A stretch of DNA of 64,000 nt from Rhodospirillales bacterium (GCA_965221855.1 CBDCSV010000001.1:186170-250169), one strand, 5' to 3'. Positions 20,366 to 30,262 are shown, counted from the first letter of the stretch. The notes: generated from the letters alone by a model not told the origin. Made by a program: numbers and translations.

Positions 20366-21841
20366 TTATCCTCCCATCAGGAACGTGGCTGCGGCGCGGG
20401 CCGTGCCGACGGTCAAATCCGTGTCGATGCCGAAATACACATTCGCTCCGACCAATACCCACATGGGCACCAGCATCGCCAACGGCGCTTCGCCGATGGT
20501 TGCGGCTCCCGCCGGCCGCTCGCGGAAATAGGCGACCTCGATGACCCGCCACATGTAAATGACCGCCAGAAGGGAACTGAACAATATAGCGGCGGCCAGG
20601 AGCCACCATTCCTTTTCCAGCGAGGCGAGGATCAGATACCATTTGCTGACGAAGCCGACGGTAAGCGGGATGCCGATCAGGCTGAGACCGCCGGCGACGA
20701 ACGCGGCCATGGTCCAGGGCATGACTTTTGCGAGGCCCGCCATGTCGTCGACGTTCACCGAACGGATGCGGAAGAATACGCATCCCAAGGCCAGGAACAG
20801 GGCGCCCTTCATCAGCGCATGGTTGAACAGGTGAAGTATGCCGGCCGTCAGACCCGTGATGGTGACCAGACTGATGCCGATGAGCATGTAGCCGATCTGG
20901 GCGACGCTGGAATAGGCGAGCAGCCGCTTGACGTTGGTCTGGAAGATGGCGACCGCCGACATGGCGACGATGGCGACGAGACTGAGCGCCAGCAGAATCT
21001 CGTCGACCGGCAAGGTCTCGAAGACGCCGCCCTTGAACAGCGTGTAGTAGATGCGAATCAGGACATAGACGGCGACCTTGGTGGCTGTCGCGGCGAGGAA
21101 GGCCGTGACCACCGACGGGGCGTAGGTGTAGGCGTTCGGCAGCCAGACATGGACCGGGAACAGGCCGAGTTTCAGCCCGATCCCCACCGTCAGGAAGGCG
21201 ACGGCGGCCAGGATGGTCCGGGTCTCCGCGACCTCGGGCAGACGGTTCACCAGGTCGGCCATGTTGAGGGTGCCGGTCATCTGATACATCAGGCCGACGC
21301 CGATGACGTAAAAGGTCGCGCCTAACGTGCCGAGGACGAGATAGCGGAACGCGGCGGTCAACGCGCGCCGTTCGGCGCCCAGGCTCACCATCACATAGGT
21401 GGAAAGCGATGAAATCTCCAAGAAGACGAACAGGTTGAACGTATCGCCCGTCGTCGCGATTCCGAGCAGGCCCGACAACGTCAGCAGGTACATGGTATAG
21501 AACAGGTAGATGCGGTCCCGGGGAATCTCCGCCTCCACGCTCTGGCGCGCGTACAGCATGGTCACCGCGCCGATGCCCGAAACGATGACGATCAGATAAG
21601 CGGCGAGCATGTCGACCCGGTATTCGATGCCCCAAGGCGCTGCCCAGTCCCCGATTTCGTAACTGACGATCTCTCCCCCGGAGACGATCAGGAGGAGGGC
21701 GAGGGAGTCGGCCAAGGTGAACCAGCTGATGATCAGGGCCAGGAGCCAGGCGCCGGTGGGGGAGCGGCTGAACAATAGCCCGAGCGGCGCGCCGATCAGC
21801 GGGATGATCACATGGAGGATCGGGAGGTTGGCCGAGATCAT
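20366..21841 (-). CDS. mrpD: Mrp antiporter subunit D family
   Basis: DTFNLFVFLEI, KLGLFPVHVWLPNAY, KRLLAYSS; start MISANLP. Confidence 0.9.
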   Translation of the reverse strand: MISANLPILHVIIPLIGAPLGLLFSRSPTGAWLLALIISWFTLADSLALLLIVSGGEIVSYEIGDWAAPWGIEYRVDMLAAYLIVIVSGIGAVTMLYARQSVEAEIPRDRIYLFYTMYLLTLSGLLGIATTGDTFNLFVFLEISSLSTYVMVSLGAERRALTAAFRYLVLGTLGATFYVIGVGLMYQMTGTLNMADLVNRLPEVAETRTILAAVAFLTVGIGLKLGLFPVHVWLPNAYTYAPSVVTAFLAATATKVAVYVLIRIYYTLFKGGVFETLPVDEILLALSLVAIVAMSAVAIFQTNVKRLLAYSSVAQIGYMLIGISLVTITGLTAGILHLFNHALMKGALFLALGCVFFRIRSVNVDDMAGLAKVMPWTMAAFVAGGLSLIGIPLTVGFVSKWYLILASLEKEWWLLAAAILFSSLLAVIYMWRVIEVAYFRERPAGAATIGEAPLAMLVPMWVLVGANVYFGIDTDLTVGTARAAATFLMGG

Positions 21842-22209
21842 GGCTCGCTCTCCTCTCCATGTTCCTCCATATCCCGGATTCGGTCGTCTTCGATGGTGCC
21901 GAATTCCTCCTTGATGCGGACGATAAGGGCGAGCCCGAGCGCCGTCGTCGCGACACCGACGACGATGGCGGTCAGGATCAATACGTGGGGCAGGGGATTG
22001 GAGTAGAGGGTGAATCCCTCGGCGGCGATCGGCGCGGTGCCGCCGAACACGTTGCTCATCGAGATGTAGAAGACGAAGACGGCGACCTGGAAGATGCTCA
22101 AGCCGACCATCTTCTTGATCATGTTTTCCTGGGCGATGACGATATAGAAGCCGGCCATCATCAGGACGATGACGATCCAGTAGTTGAACAGGCCGATGAC
22201 CGTCTCCAT
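21838..22209 (-). CDS. mrpC: Mrp antiporter subunit C
   Basis: NPLPHVLILTAIVVG. Confidence 0.92.
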   Translation of the reverse strand: METVIGLFNYWIVIVLMMAGFYIVIAQENMIKKMVGLSIFQVAVFVFYISMSNVFGGTAPIAAEGFTLYSNPLPHVLILTAIVVGVATTALGLALIVRIKEEFGTIEDDRIRDMEEHGEESEP

Positions 22210-22212
22210 GGC

Positions 22213-22629
22213 TCAGATGTCCTGTCCGGCGAAGACGTAGAAGATCGCGATCATGGTCGAGGAAACGGTCAATCCGACGCCGAGTTCGACGAGAAGAATG
22301 CCGTAGTGCTGTCCGGCGACCGGCGTCGGCCCGAGGACGTTGTAGTCGAGGAATTCGCTGCCGAGGAACATTCCCGCGAGACCCACGAAGGAGTAGAGCA
22401 GGACGCCGCCCGCCAGCAGGATCCTGTTGACCCACGCCGGCATGACCTTTCGGCCGTTCTCGATCCCGAATATCAGCGCATAGAGGATGAACGCCGCGGC
22501 GAAGATGGCGCCGGCCTGGAACCCGCCGCCGGGCCCGAAATCGCCGTGGAATTGAACATACAGCGCGAAGAGCAGGATGTAGGGAATCATGAGCTTCGCG
22601 ACGACGCGGAGAATGGAATGGCGGTTCAT
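22213..22629 (-). CDS. mrpB: Mrp antiporter subunit B
   Basis: HGDFGPGGGFQAG. Confidence 0.9.
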   Translation of the reverse strand: MNRHSILRVVAKLMIPYILLFALYVQFHGDFGPGGGFQAGAIFAAAFILYALIFGIENGRKVMPAWVNRILLAGGVLLYSFVGLAGMFLGSEFLDYNVLGPTPVAGQHYGILLVELGVGLTVSSTMIAIFYVFAGQDI

Positions 22630-23219
22630 GCGCGTTCCTCCTCCGCGTTATCGCCGTTTTCGTCCTTGACGCCGGGGCGCCAGCGCCGCCGGCCGCGGCC
22701 GAGAATGACCAGCACCCCGGCGCCAGCGGTGAAAATCACCACCACCTCGCCCAGCGTGTCGTAGCCTCGATAGCTGGCCAGCACCGAGGTCACCATATTG
22801 GGCAGACCCGTTTCCTTGGGCGACTCCTGGATGTAGCGGGGCGCCACATGCCTGTTTGCCGGCGCTTCGGGGTCGCCGTAGTGGGGCATGTCCAGCGTTC
22901 CCCAGATCAGCATGGCTCCGGTGGCGACCACGATGACCAGCGGCACCATCCGAACGGGTTTATGCTTTTCCTCCACGTTGACGTGGGTGAGCGCGAGCGT
23001 CGCCAGGAACAGCAGCGTCGATACCCCGGCGCCGACGGCGGCCTCGGTAAACGCGACGTCCACCGCCGTCAGGTGTACGTACAGCACCGCCGCCAGCAAC
23101 GAGAAGATGCCGCTCAGCATGACCACCGCGAACATCAGGTGGGACCGGACGATGGCGATGGCGACGGCGGCCATCAGGAGCAGCAGGAAGATATCGATGA
23201 AGATATCCACGGGGTTCAT
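22626..23219 (-). CDS. DUF4040/MnhB-related subunit (MrpA C-terminal-like)
   Basis: AVDVAFTEAAVGAG, PNMVTSVLASYRGYDTLGE. Confidence 0.88.
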   Translation of the reverse strand: MNPVDIFIDIFLLLLMAAVAIAIVRSHLMFAVVMLSGIFSLLAAVLYVHLTAVDVAFTEAAVGAGVSTLLFLATLALTHVNVEEKHKPVRMVPLVIVVATGAMLIWGTLDMPHYGDPEAPANRHVAPRYIQESPKETGLPNMVTSVLASYRGYDTLGEVVVIFTAGAGVLVILGRGRRRWRPGVKDENGDNAEEERA

Positions 23220-23563
23220 TCGGCGCCCCCGTCATCCAGGCTTTTGCCGTCTTTCGGGCGCCGGTCCTCGGCAACCCGGGGCTTGATTCCCGACGCCAGG
23301 GCCGCCTGGGCCAATGCGTGGGACGCGGTCGGGCTGGCGAAAAACGTGAAGACGACGATCAGCAGCAGCTTCGCCGTGACCAGGGTGAACCCGGCCTGGA
23401 ACGCCATGCCGACGACCAGCAGGAAGGTGGCGAGCGTATCGGTGACCCCGGCGGCGTGCATGCGGGTATAAACGTCGGGCAATCGCAGAATCCCGATGCC
23501 CCCGGCGACGACCAGGAAGCTGCCGGCGAGGATGAATATCCAGCTCGCGATATCGGCGGCCAT
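23216..23563 (-). CDS. mrpG: Mrp antiporter subunit G
   Basis: RLPDVYTRMHAA, SPTASHAL. Confidence 0.92.
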   Translation of the reverse strand: MAADIASWIFILAGSFLVVAGGIGILRLPDVYTRMHAAGVTDTLATFLLVVGMAFQAGFTLVTAKLLLIVVFTFFASPTASHALAQAALASGIKPRVAEDRRPKDGKSLDDGGAE

Positions 23564-23850
23564 TACAGGTCCCCCAGATCGTCGCCGGCATGGGGCAAGC
23601 CGAGATGGCTGTAGCGAAAGAATTTCATCACCGCGATGACACCGACGAAATTGATCAGTGCGTAGACCAGGGCGATATCGAGAAATTCCGGCCGCTCGAT
23701 CAGAAAACCAAGCACCGCGATCAGCAGCAGCGACTTGGTGCCGAACATGTTCACCGCGACAACCCGGTCATAGAAGGTCGGACCCTTGGTGGCCCGGATG
23801 ATCGCCATGACCATGGTGACGAGAATGGCGGCGGCGGCGGCGGTAAACAT
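23563..23850 (-). CDS. mrpF: Mrp antiporter subunit F
   Basis: GPTFYDRVVA, DIALVYALINF. Confidence 0.92.
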   Translation of the reverse strand: MFTAAAAAILVTMVMAIIRATKGPTFYDRVVAVNMFGTKSLLLIAVLGFLIERPEFLDIALVYALINFVGVIAVMKFFRYSHLGLPHAGDDLGDL

Positions 23851-24353
23851 CAGGTCTTCGCCTCCGGCGCGCCGTCTTCGCCGGCGCCTTCCATACGGCT
23901 CGCCATGCGGTCCATCAGGCCGGCTTGCAGTTCGTCGGCGGCGCCCGACGTGAGCGCATGAACCTCGAGTTCGTCATCGATGATGTCGACGGTCACCGTG
24001 CCGGGCGTCAGGGTGATGGAGTTGGCGTACACCACGTGCCCGAGTTCCGATTTTTGGGAGGCCTTGACCCGGAACATGGTCGGGCTGATGGGTAGCGACG
24101 GCGTGAGGATGATCCGGACGACGTCCACGTTGGCCTTTACGATCTCCCAACCCAGCCACAACAGATATATCGGAGCCGCGAAGCCGAGGTGAATGGGGAA
24201 ACCCTCGTGATCGATCACGTTCATCCGGTGGGTGATATAGACCACCAGGACGCATGATCCGACGCCCAGTCCGATCAGGAGCGGTGAAAAATGCCCGGAG
24301 AGCAGCAGCCAAAGCGCAAACAGCACCACCGCCAGTCCAATCGATCGGATCAC
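23850..24353 (-). CDS. mrpE: Mrp antiporter subunit E
   Basis: EIVKANVDV, YANSITLTPGTVT, VHAL. Confidence 0.92.
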   Translation of the reverse strand: MIRSIGLAVVLFALWLLLSGHFSPLLIGLGVGSCVLVVYITHRMNVIDHEGFPIHLGFAAPIYLLWLGWEIVKANVDVVRIILTPSLPISPTMFRVKASQKSELGHVVYANSITLTPGTVTVDIIDDELEVHALTSGAADELQAGLMDRMASRMEGAGEDGAPEAKT

Positions 24354-24461
24354 CTCAAGCCCCTGCTTCCGTCTCGGTATTAATTCGGGCGGCCAAAAGA
24401 GGTTCGGCCGCCCGGACGCCGCCGAAAATTAGCGGTTCTGCGGGGATAAAACAATGGGAGC

Positions 24462-25400
24462 CTACCTGAGCTCGATCGCGTATTCCTGAATGGGACGCAC
24501 CGATTTGATCAGGCCCTGATCCTTTAGGAATCGGGCGAACCGCTCGTAGCGTCCGATATCGATGGCTGCCGGCCGCAGGTCGAATCGGGGCAACGTATCC
24601 CGCCATGCCCGCCGGTTGAGTTCGTCGTCCAGTTTTCTGTTCGTGCCGATGAACAATTTCCAGGATTCGCCGGGGCGGTTGATCAGGAATTGGGTGCCCT
24701 GCTCGACCGCGCGGATGAAACGGCGGTAGCGGTCGTCCCCGGCCTTGGATTTGTTGGCGACCACGATCAGCTCGTCGTAGACCGGGACCCCTTCCTCCTC
24801 GGGTAAAAAGGCGCGGCCGGGGCGGCCTTCGATGTCCATCTGATTGAGTTCGAAGTTCCGGAAGGCGCCGATCACCGCGTCGACCTTTCCCGACAGGATC
24901 GACGGCGAGAGAGAGAAGTTGACGTTGATCAGGGTGATGTCCTCGAGCGTCAGGCCGTGGGGTTTGAGCATTTGGGCCAGCAGGGCATCCTCGAACCCGC
25001 CGACCGAAAACCCGACCTTTTTGCCCTTCAAATCCGGTATCGCCTTGATCGGACCGTCCCTGAGGACGACGAGGGAGTTGAGGGGCGTGCTGACCAGGGT
25101 CCCGATTCGTATCAGCGGCAGGCCCTGGTCGATCTGGACGTGCAGTTGAGGCTGATACGAAACCGCGAGGTCCGCCTTGCCCGCCGCCACCAGTTTCGGC
25201 GGCAGGGAGGGATCGGCGGGCTCGACCATCTCGACATCGAGATTTTGGGCGGCGAAGTAGCCTTTTTCCTCCGCCACGATGAGCGGGGCGTGGTCGGGAT
25301 TCACGAACCAGTCGAGGAGCAGGGTGAGCTTGTCCGCCGCGGCGGCCGGCGGCGCGGCAAGGATGAGCAGGGCGAAAAGCAAGGCAGCGGGCATTTTCAT
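24462..25400 (-). CDS. thiY: NMT1/THI5-like ABC substrate-binding protein (HMP/thiamine precursor)
   Basis: LLDWFVNPDHAP, SYQP, AFRNFE, YDEL; downstream of a TPP riboswitch. Confidence 0.85.
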   Translation of the reverse strand: MKMPAALLFALLILAAPPAAAADKLTLLLDWFVNPDHAPLIVAEEKGYFAAQNLDVEMVEPADPSLPPKLVAAGKADLAVSYQPQLHVQIDQGLPLIRIGTLVSTPLNSLVVLRDGPIKAIPDLKGKKVGFSVGGFEDALLAQMLKPHGLTLEDITLINVNFSLSPSILSGKVDAVIGAFRNFELNQMDIEGRPGRAFLPEEEGVPVYDELIVVANKSKAGDDRYRRFIRAVEQGTQFLINRPGESWKLFIGTNRKLDDELNRRAWRDTLPRFDLRPAAIDIGRYERFARFLKDQGLIKSVRPIQEYAIELR

Positions 25401-25412
25401 TGGTCGGTTTCC

Positions 25413-26174
25413 TCAGTCGTCACTGGAGTAGGTTTCGGGCTGCCATGTGATCAGCCGCCGGAGGAGGAGATCGATGGCGAAGTAGAGGGTGACCGCCATG
25501 ACCGCGAGGACGAAAAGCGCCGCGAACATGGTATCGGTTTCGGACCGGGCATTGGCATGGATCATCAGGGCGCCGAGACCCGATGACGCGCCGACCCATT
25601 CGCCGACGACCGCGCCGATGGGCGCGACGGCGGCGGCAATTCGAATGCCGGAGGCGAAGGCCGGCATGGCCATGGGCAGCCGGACATGGCGCAGGACGGC
25701 GAAGCGGCCGGCGCCCATGGTCCGGGCCATGTCGAGCAGGCCGGGCTCGGTTCGGCGCAGCCCGTCATAGAGCGCGGCCGTAACCGGGAAGAAAATGATC
25801 AAGGTCGCCATCGCCACCTTGGAGCCGATCCCGAAGCCGAGCCACAGCACCAAGATCGGGGCGAGGGCGAAGACGGGAATCGCCTGGCTGACGACCAGCA
25901 CCGGGAACAGCCAGCGCCGGACGGGTACGAAGAAACTCATGGCGATGCCGCTGGCCGCGCCGAGCAGCACGCCCAAGAGAAGGCCGAGGGCGATCTCGAT
26001 GAAGGTGACGCCGGCATGGCCGGCCAGGAGGCGGGCGTCTTCGACGATGGCGAGAAGCACCGAGTAGGGCGCCGGCAGGATAAAGGTGGGGACGCCGCTG
26101 AGCGAGACGACCGCCTGCCAGACCGCAACCAGTCCGGCGCAAATGACGACGGGGCGCAGATAAGACAGGCTCAT
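25413..26174 (-). CDS. thiX: ABC permease
   Basis: SQAIPVFALAP, FFPV, GAVVGEWVG. Confidence 0.85.
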   Translation of the reverse strand: MSLSYLRPVVICAGLVAVWQAVVSLSGVPTFILPAPYSVLLAIVEDARLLAGHAGVTFIEIALGLLLGVLLGAASGIAMSFFVPVRRWLFPVLVVSQAIPVFALAPILVLWLGFGIGSKVAMATLIIFFPVTAALYDGLRRTEPGLLDMARTMGAGRFAVLRHVRLPMAMPAFASGIRIAAAVAPIGAVVGEWVGASSGLGALMIHANARSETDTMFAALFVLAVMAVTLYFAIDLLLRRLITWQPETYSSDD

Positions 26175-26932
26175 CCGCCGCCCTCCGCCAACTCCCGGAG
26201 CAGACGGGCCTGCCCGCCGAGGACATCCGGCGCGCCGGCTTCCCGAGGGGGGCGGCCCGCGGGCTCCAGCGGCGGCCCCAGGCCGGCGGGCGAGCCGTTC
26301 ATCACGAAAATGCGGTCGCCGAGGCGAAGCGCCTCCAAGGGATCGTGTGTGACCAGCAGCACGGTGCGGTCGGCCAGCAGCCGCACCGCCAGGTCCTGAA
26401 GCTTCAGGCGGGTGATCGCATCCAGCGCGGAGAACGGCTCGTCCATCAGGACGATGGGCCGGTCCTCCATCAGGGTCCGCACCAGCGCGACCCGCTGACG
26501 CATGCCGCCGGAGAGTTCGTCCGGCATGGCGTTCGCGGCCTCGCCGACGCCCGCCGCTTCGAGCAATGCGCCGGCCCGGTCCAGGTCAACCGCCTCGCCC
26601 CGCAGCCGGGCCCCCAGCGTGGCGTTGCCGACGACGTTCAGCCAGGGCAGCAGGAAGTCGCGTTGGGCCATGTAGGCCACCCGGCCGGCCGTGGCCGAAC
26701 CGTCGCCGCATCGCACCGCCGCGCCGTCGCCGCCGGAAATCAGTCCGGCGATCATCCTGAGCAGGCTCGATTTGCCGACTCCGCTGGGGCCGAGGATGCA
26801 GGTCCACCGGCCGGCTTCGAGGACGAGGTTCAACCCGTCGAAAAGCGGGCGGGCGCCGTACGCGAATCGCGCATTGCTCACCTCGATGGAGGGAGCGTTC
26901 AGGGCTTGGCCAAGGGTTCCGTTCGTAGGCAC
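26171..26932 (-). CDS. thiZ: ABC ATP-binding protein
   Basis: GPSGVGKS, LSGGMRQR, MDEPFSALD. Confidence 0.88.
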   Translation of the reverse strand: MPTNGTLGQALNAPSIEVSNARFAYGARPLFDGLNLVLEAGRWTCILGPSGVGKSSLLRMIAGLISGGDGAAVRCGDGSATAGRVAYMAQRDFLLPWLNVVGNATLGARLRGEAVDLDRAGALLEAAGVGEAANAMPDELSGGMRQRVALVRTLMEDRPIVLMDEPFSALDAITRLKLQDLAVRLLADRTVLLVTHDPLEALRLGDRIFVMNGSPAGLGPPLEPAGRPPREAGAPDVLGGQARLLRELAEGGG

Positions 26933-26937
26933 GGGTC

Positions 26938-27030
26938 AGCTTGTCCCTCCGCCGGTGCTAACCGGATCAGGTTCTGGGGTCGTCTCGGTACGAGACCTCT
27001 CAGCCGGGATGGCTCCCCCCAGTGACCAGC
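26938..27030 (-). ncRNA. TPP riboswitch
   Basis: Minus strand GGGGGGAGCC..GGCTGAGAGG..GACCCCAGAACCTGATCCGGTTAGCACCGGCGGAGGGA directly upstream of thiZ. Confidence 0.93.
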
Positions 27031-27079
27031 GCCACTATGCAAATGGGGCCGGGGCGGTTCAAGCGCTATATTTGAAGTT

Positions 27080-27243
27080 CCCCCTCACCCAGCTACGGCT
27101 AGGCTCGGCGTTCGCCTCGCCAACCCTCCGCATCCCTCTCCCCCCTTCGGGGGGCGAGGGTTGGGGAGTAGTCCCCTCTCCCCCTTCTTCAGGGGGAGAG
27201 GGTCAGGGTGAGGGGGTCACAAGAAAAATAAGAGTGAGGGGGT
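27080..27243. repeat. CCCTCACCC/CCCTCTCCC-GGGAGAGGG palindromic repeat pair with nested AGCTACGGCTA hairpin
   Basis: Related copies at 29185-29348, 30233-30262 and 32438-32520. Confidence 0.85.
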
Positions 27244-27349
27244 CATAATAGATGAGGGCGAGGGAGCGTTTGGACCCCATTCGCGATTGCGCAACCGGCG
27301 GCAGATGTTAGTTTTTGCGCGATCCAACCTTTCGGCGGGAGAATGAGGA

Positions 27350-27760
27350 ATGGCGAATTATACGGGCGGCTGCCTCTGCGGCGCGGTCAGGTACGAAGTC
27401 GACGGCGAGCCGCTCCGGGCGGCCAACTGTCATTGTGTCGATTGCCGCCGGGTCACGGGATCGCAGTTCGTGACCAACGTGTTCTTCCAAGTGGACGATC
27501 TGGCGGTGGTGAAGGGCGAACCGAAGGCCTACCGGCACACCGCCGACAGCGGCAATGCGATGACCAAATGGTTCTGCGCCGAGTGCGGCTCTCAATTGTT
27601 CGGCCAGAGCGCCGGAAACACGGCCGTCAAGAGCGTCAAGCTCGGCAGCCTGGACGACGTGAAGGACATCAGGCCGGAGATCGACATCTTCCTGGACAGC
27701 GCCGTGCCGTTCGCCGATCCGCCGGACTACACCAGCCATTTCGCCCGCGGGCCGCAATAA
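27350..27760 (+). CDS. GFA/CENP-V family Zn-binding protein
   Basis: GGCLCGAVRY, CHCVDCRR, FCAECGS. Confidence 0.92.
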   Translation: MANYTGGCLCGAVRYEVDGEPLRAANCHCVDCRRVTGSQFVTNVFFQVDDLAVVKGEPKAYRHTADSGNAMTKWFCAECGSQLFGQSAGNTAVKSVKLGSLDDVKDIRPEIDIFLDSAVPFADPPDYTSHFARGPQ

Positions 27761-27767
27761 GGGGATC

Positions 27768-28244
27768 GTGGGCCCGATGCTCTCCCGCAGGGGTTTTCTT
27801 CTGGCGGCCGGCGCCGTTCTGGCGGTGGCGGCCGGCCAAAAGGCGCCAAGGGCGCAAACATTCGCCAAGTCGAAACTGACCATCGTCACCGCGAAGGGCC
27901 GCTTTCTGTTCGACGTCGAAATGGCCGTAACCCCCAGGCAGCACGCCCGCGGCCTGATGTTCCGGCGAAAGCTCGCGCCCGACGCCGGTATGCTGTTCGA
28001 CTACAAGGTTCCCCAGCGCATCACCATGTGGATGAAGAACACCTATATCCCGCTGGACATGCTGTTCATCGGTCCCGGCGGCCGGATCGTCAAAATCGCC
28101 GAGCGGACGGTGCCCCGGTCCCTGGCCACGATCTCGTCGGACGGCGATGCGCGGGCCGTTTTGGAGGTCAACGGCGGCACCGCCCGGCGCCTCGGCATCC
28201 GGCCCGGCGATACCGTTCTGCATCCCATTTTTTCCAACGGCTAG
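27768..28244 (+). CDS. DUF192 family exported protein
   Basis: Tat-like SRRGFL; RGLMFR, GMLF, MWMKNTYIPLDMLFI, VLEVNGG. Confidence 0.92.
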   Translation: MGPMLSRRGFLLAAGAVLAVAAGQKAPRAQTFAKSKLTIVTAKGRFLFDVEMAVTPRQHARGLMFRRKLAPDAGMLFDYKVPQRITMWMKNTYIPLDMLFIGPGGRIVKIAERTVPRSLATISSDGDARAVLEVNGGTARRLGIRPGDTVLHPIFSNG

Positions 28245-28253
28245 GCGAACCCG

Positions 28254-29177
28254 ATGGTGACGAATCCCATTCAACTTCGTTTCGGCGGCTATGGCCCGCC
28301 GACGACCACTCATTCCCGCGGCCTGAAATTCATCGGCGACAGGCTGGAGCGGCAGTTTCCCGGCGAGGTGGAAGTCAAATACGTCTGGAACGTCATGGAC
28401 CTCGGATATCTCGGCAAGGACACCCTGTGGTTGGCCGAGCACGGAATCCTGACCATGGTGTATCAGTCGACGAGCTACCTGACGGACCGGGTTCCGGAGT
28501 TGGGGTTCGCGGATCTTCCGTTCCTGTTCGCCACCAACGAAGAAGCCCGCGCCGCCATGGACGGCGCGTTGGGCGCCTACCTGACGCGCAAGACCGAGGA
28601 GCGGATTTCCTATCGCGTCATGGGCTATTTCGAGAACGGGTTCCGGCACATCTCCAACCGGCTTCGCCCCATCCGGACGCCCGGGGACATGGCCGGAATG
28701 AAAATCCGCGTTCTGCCCAGCATGATCCATGCCCGGACGTTCGAGCTGCTCGGCGCGGAGCCGCGCCGCATCGACCTGACCGAGGCCATCGCGGGCGTCG
28801 CCGACGGCACACTGGACGCACAGGAAAACCCGTTCGCCAACACGGTGACTTACGGCGTCCCCGAATTCCATCCCTATCACACGGAATCCGCCCATTTCTA
28901 TTTGTCGCGGGGTCTGTTCGCCAACCGGGACGCGGTCGACGGGCTGCCCGAGGACATCCGAGACGCGTTTCGCGCCGCCGTGGCGGAAGCCGTCCCGTTC
29001 CAGCGCGACTTGGCGGTGGAAGAGGAGTTGCTGGCCAGGAAGAAAATCGAGGAGGCCGGCGGAGAGATCATCCGGCTGTCCGATAAGGAACGCCGGGCAT
29101 TCCGGGACGCCGTCGCGCCGCTCCACGACGAGGTCCGGCAGGAACTGGGAGACGAGGCGTTCGACCTTCTCCCCTGA
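28254..29177 (+). CDS. DctP-family solute-binding protein, no signal peptide, no permease nearby
   Basis: DLPFLF, ENGFRHISN, GMKIRV, LDAQENP. Confidence 0.85.
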   Translation: MVTNPIQLRFGGYGPPTTTHSRGLKFIGDRLERQFPGEVEVKYVWNVMDLGYLGKDTLWLAEHGILTMVYQSTSYLTDRVPELGFADLPFLFATNEEARAAMDGALGAYLTRKTEERISYRVMGYFENGFRHISNRLRPIRTPGDMAGMKIRVLPSMIHARTFELLGAEPRRIDLTEAIAGVADGTLDAQENPFANTVTYGVPEFHPYHTESAHFYLSRGLFANRDAVDGLPEDIRDAFRAAVAEAVPFQRDLAVEEELLARKKIEEAGGEIIRLSDKERRAFRDAVAPLHDEVRQELGDEAFDLLP

Positions 29178-29184
29178 GAATTTT

Positions 29185-29348
29185 TCCCTCTCCCCCTTCT
29201 CAGAATAGTCCCCTCTCCCCCTTTTTCAGGGGGAGAGGGTTAGGGTGAGGGGGTCGGAATTTCCATATCACCCTCACCCAGCTACGGCTAAGCTCAGCTG
29301 ACGCTTCGCAAAGCCTTCGCAACCCTCTCCCTCAGGGAGGGAGAGGGG
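29185..29348. repeat. CCCTCTCCC/CCCTCACCC repeat pair with nested hairpin
   Basis: Shares CCCTCACCCAGCTACGGCTA..GCTC with 27082-27106. Confidence 0.85.
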
Positions 29349-30018
29349 CAGGTGGCCGTTTGACGCACACGGTCAGGCCGTCATCGAGGGGCAGCATGCC
29401 GGCCCAAATCCGTTCGTCCCTGCCCAGCTTCTCGTTGAGGGCCTTCAGCGCCGCGGTCGATTTCCGGTCGTCGCCGGGGTCGAGGACGGCGCCGCCCCAC
29501 AGCATGTTGTCCAGGACGATGACGCCGGCGTCCCGGACGAGGGTCAGGCAGGCTTCGAAATAGGCGTCGTAGTCCTTCTTGTTCGCATCGATGTAGGCGA
29601 CGTCGAACGCGCCCGCCATTCCTTCGCCGATCAGGGCGCGGAGCACATCCTTCGCCGGACCCGTTCGAGCGTCGATTTTCCCGCTGACCCCTGCCGCTTC
29701 CCAGTGGGGGCGGCCCACATGGACGTATTCCTCCGCCATGTCGATGGTCAGGACCGTCCCGTCGCCGGGGAGGGCCTCGGCCATCCAAAGGGTGGCGTAT
29801 CCGGTGAAGGTGCCGACCTCGAGCACCCGTTCGGCCCGGGTCATCCGGCAGATCAGGGCCAGAAGCTGACCCTGTTCGGGAGCGCACGCCCAGCCCCGTT
29901 CGCGAAGCTTCCCCGTCGCCTCCCGAAGGGCGCGGACGTGCCCGCTCTCGCGGAGCGAGACCCGGCGAATGTATTCGAGCATGGGGGCCGTAACCGGCCG
30001 GGTGGAATCTCGGCTCAT
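29332..30018 (-). CDS. SAM-dependent O-methyltransferase (caffeoyl-CoA OMT-like)
   Basis: PEQGQLL, LEVGTFTGY, YIDANK, LDNMLWGG. Confidence 0.9.
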   Translation of the reverse strand: MSRDSTRPVTAPMLEYIRRVSLRESGHVRALREATGKLRERGWACAPEQGQLLALICRMTRAERVLEVGTFTGYATLWMAEALPGDGTVLTIDMAEEYVHVGRPHWEAAGVSGKIDARTGPAKDVLRALIGEGMAGAFDVAYIDANKKDYDAYFEACLTLVRDAGVIVLDNMLWGGAVLDPGDDRKSTAALKALNEKLGRDERIWAGMLPLDDGLTVCVKRPPAPLPP

Positions 30019-30104
30019 GCCGGTTGGTTCCTCTCTCTGTCCCGACGGATTTGTCGCCCGCGCGCCCTCGAAACGCAAGGGAAGGATTTTCGGCGGATCG
30101 CGGA

Positions 30105-30262
30105 AGTGGATGCTGGGACGAGTCGGGCATGACGGGTGATGCTGAATCAAAGAAGGCCGTCATGGCCAGGCGCCACTGGACCGGCTTTGCCGGCCAGCCG
30201 GCAAAGTGACCCGGCCATCCACGTGTGGCGGGCCTCTCCCCTTGAAGTAGGGGGAGAGGGGA
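30105..30262. repeat. REP-like cluster (GTCATGGCC...CCCGGCCATCCAC with internal hairpin; CCTCTCCC...GGGAGAGG)
   Basis: Palindromic arms resembling those at 12.5 and 57.1 kb. Confidence 0.65.

Noticed and set aside
30020-30110. Possible SAM riboswitch upstream of the O-methyltransferase
   Set aside because: No recognisable SAM-II or SAM-SAH consensus
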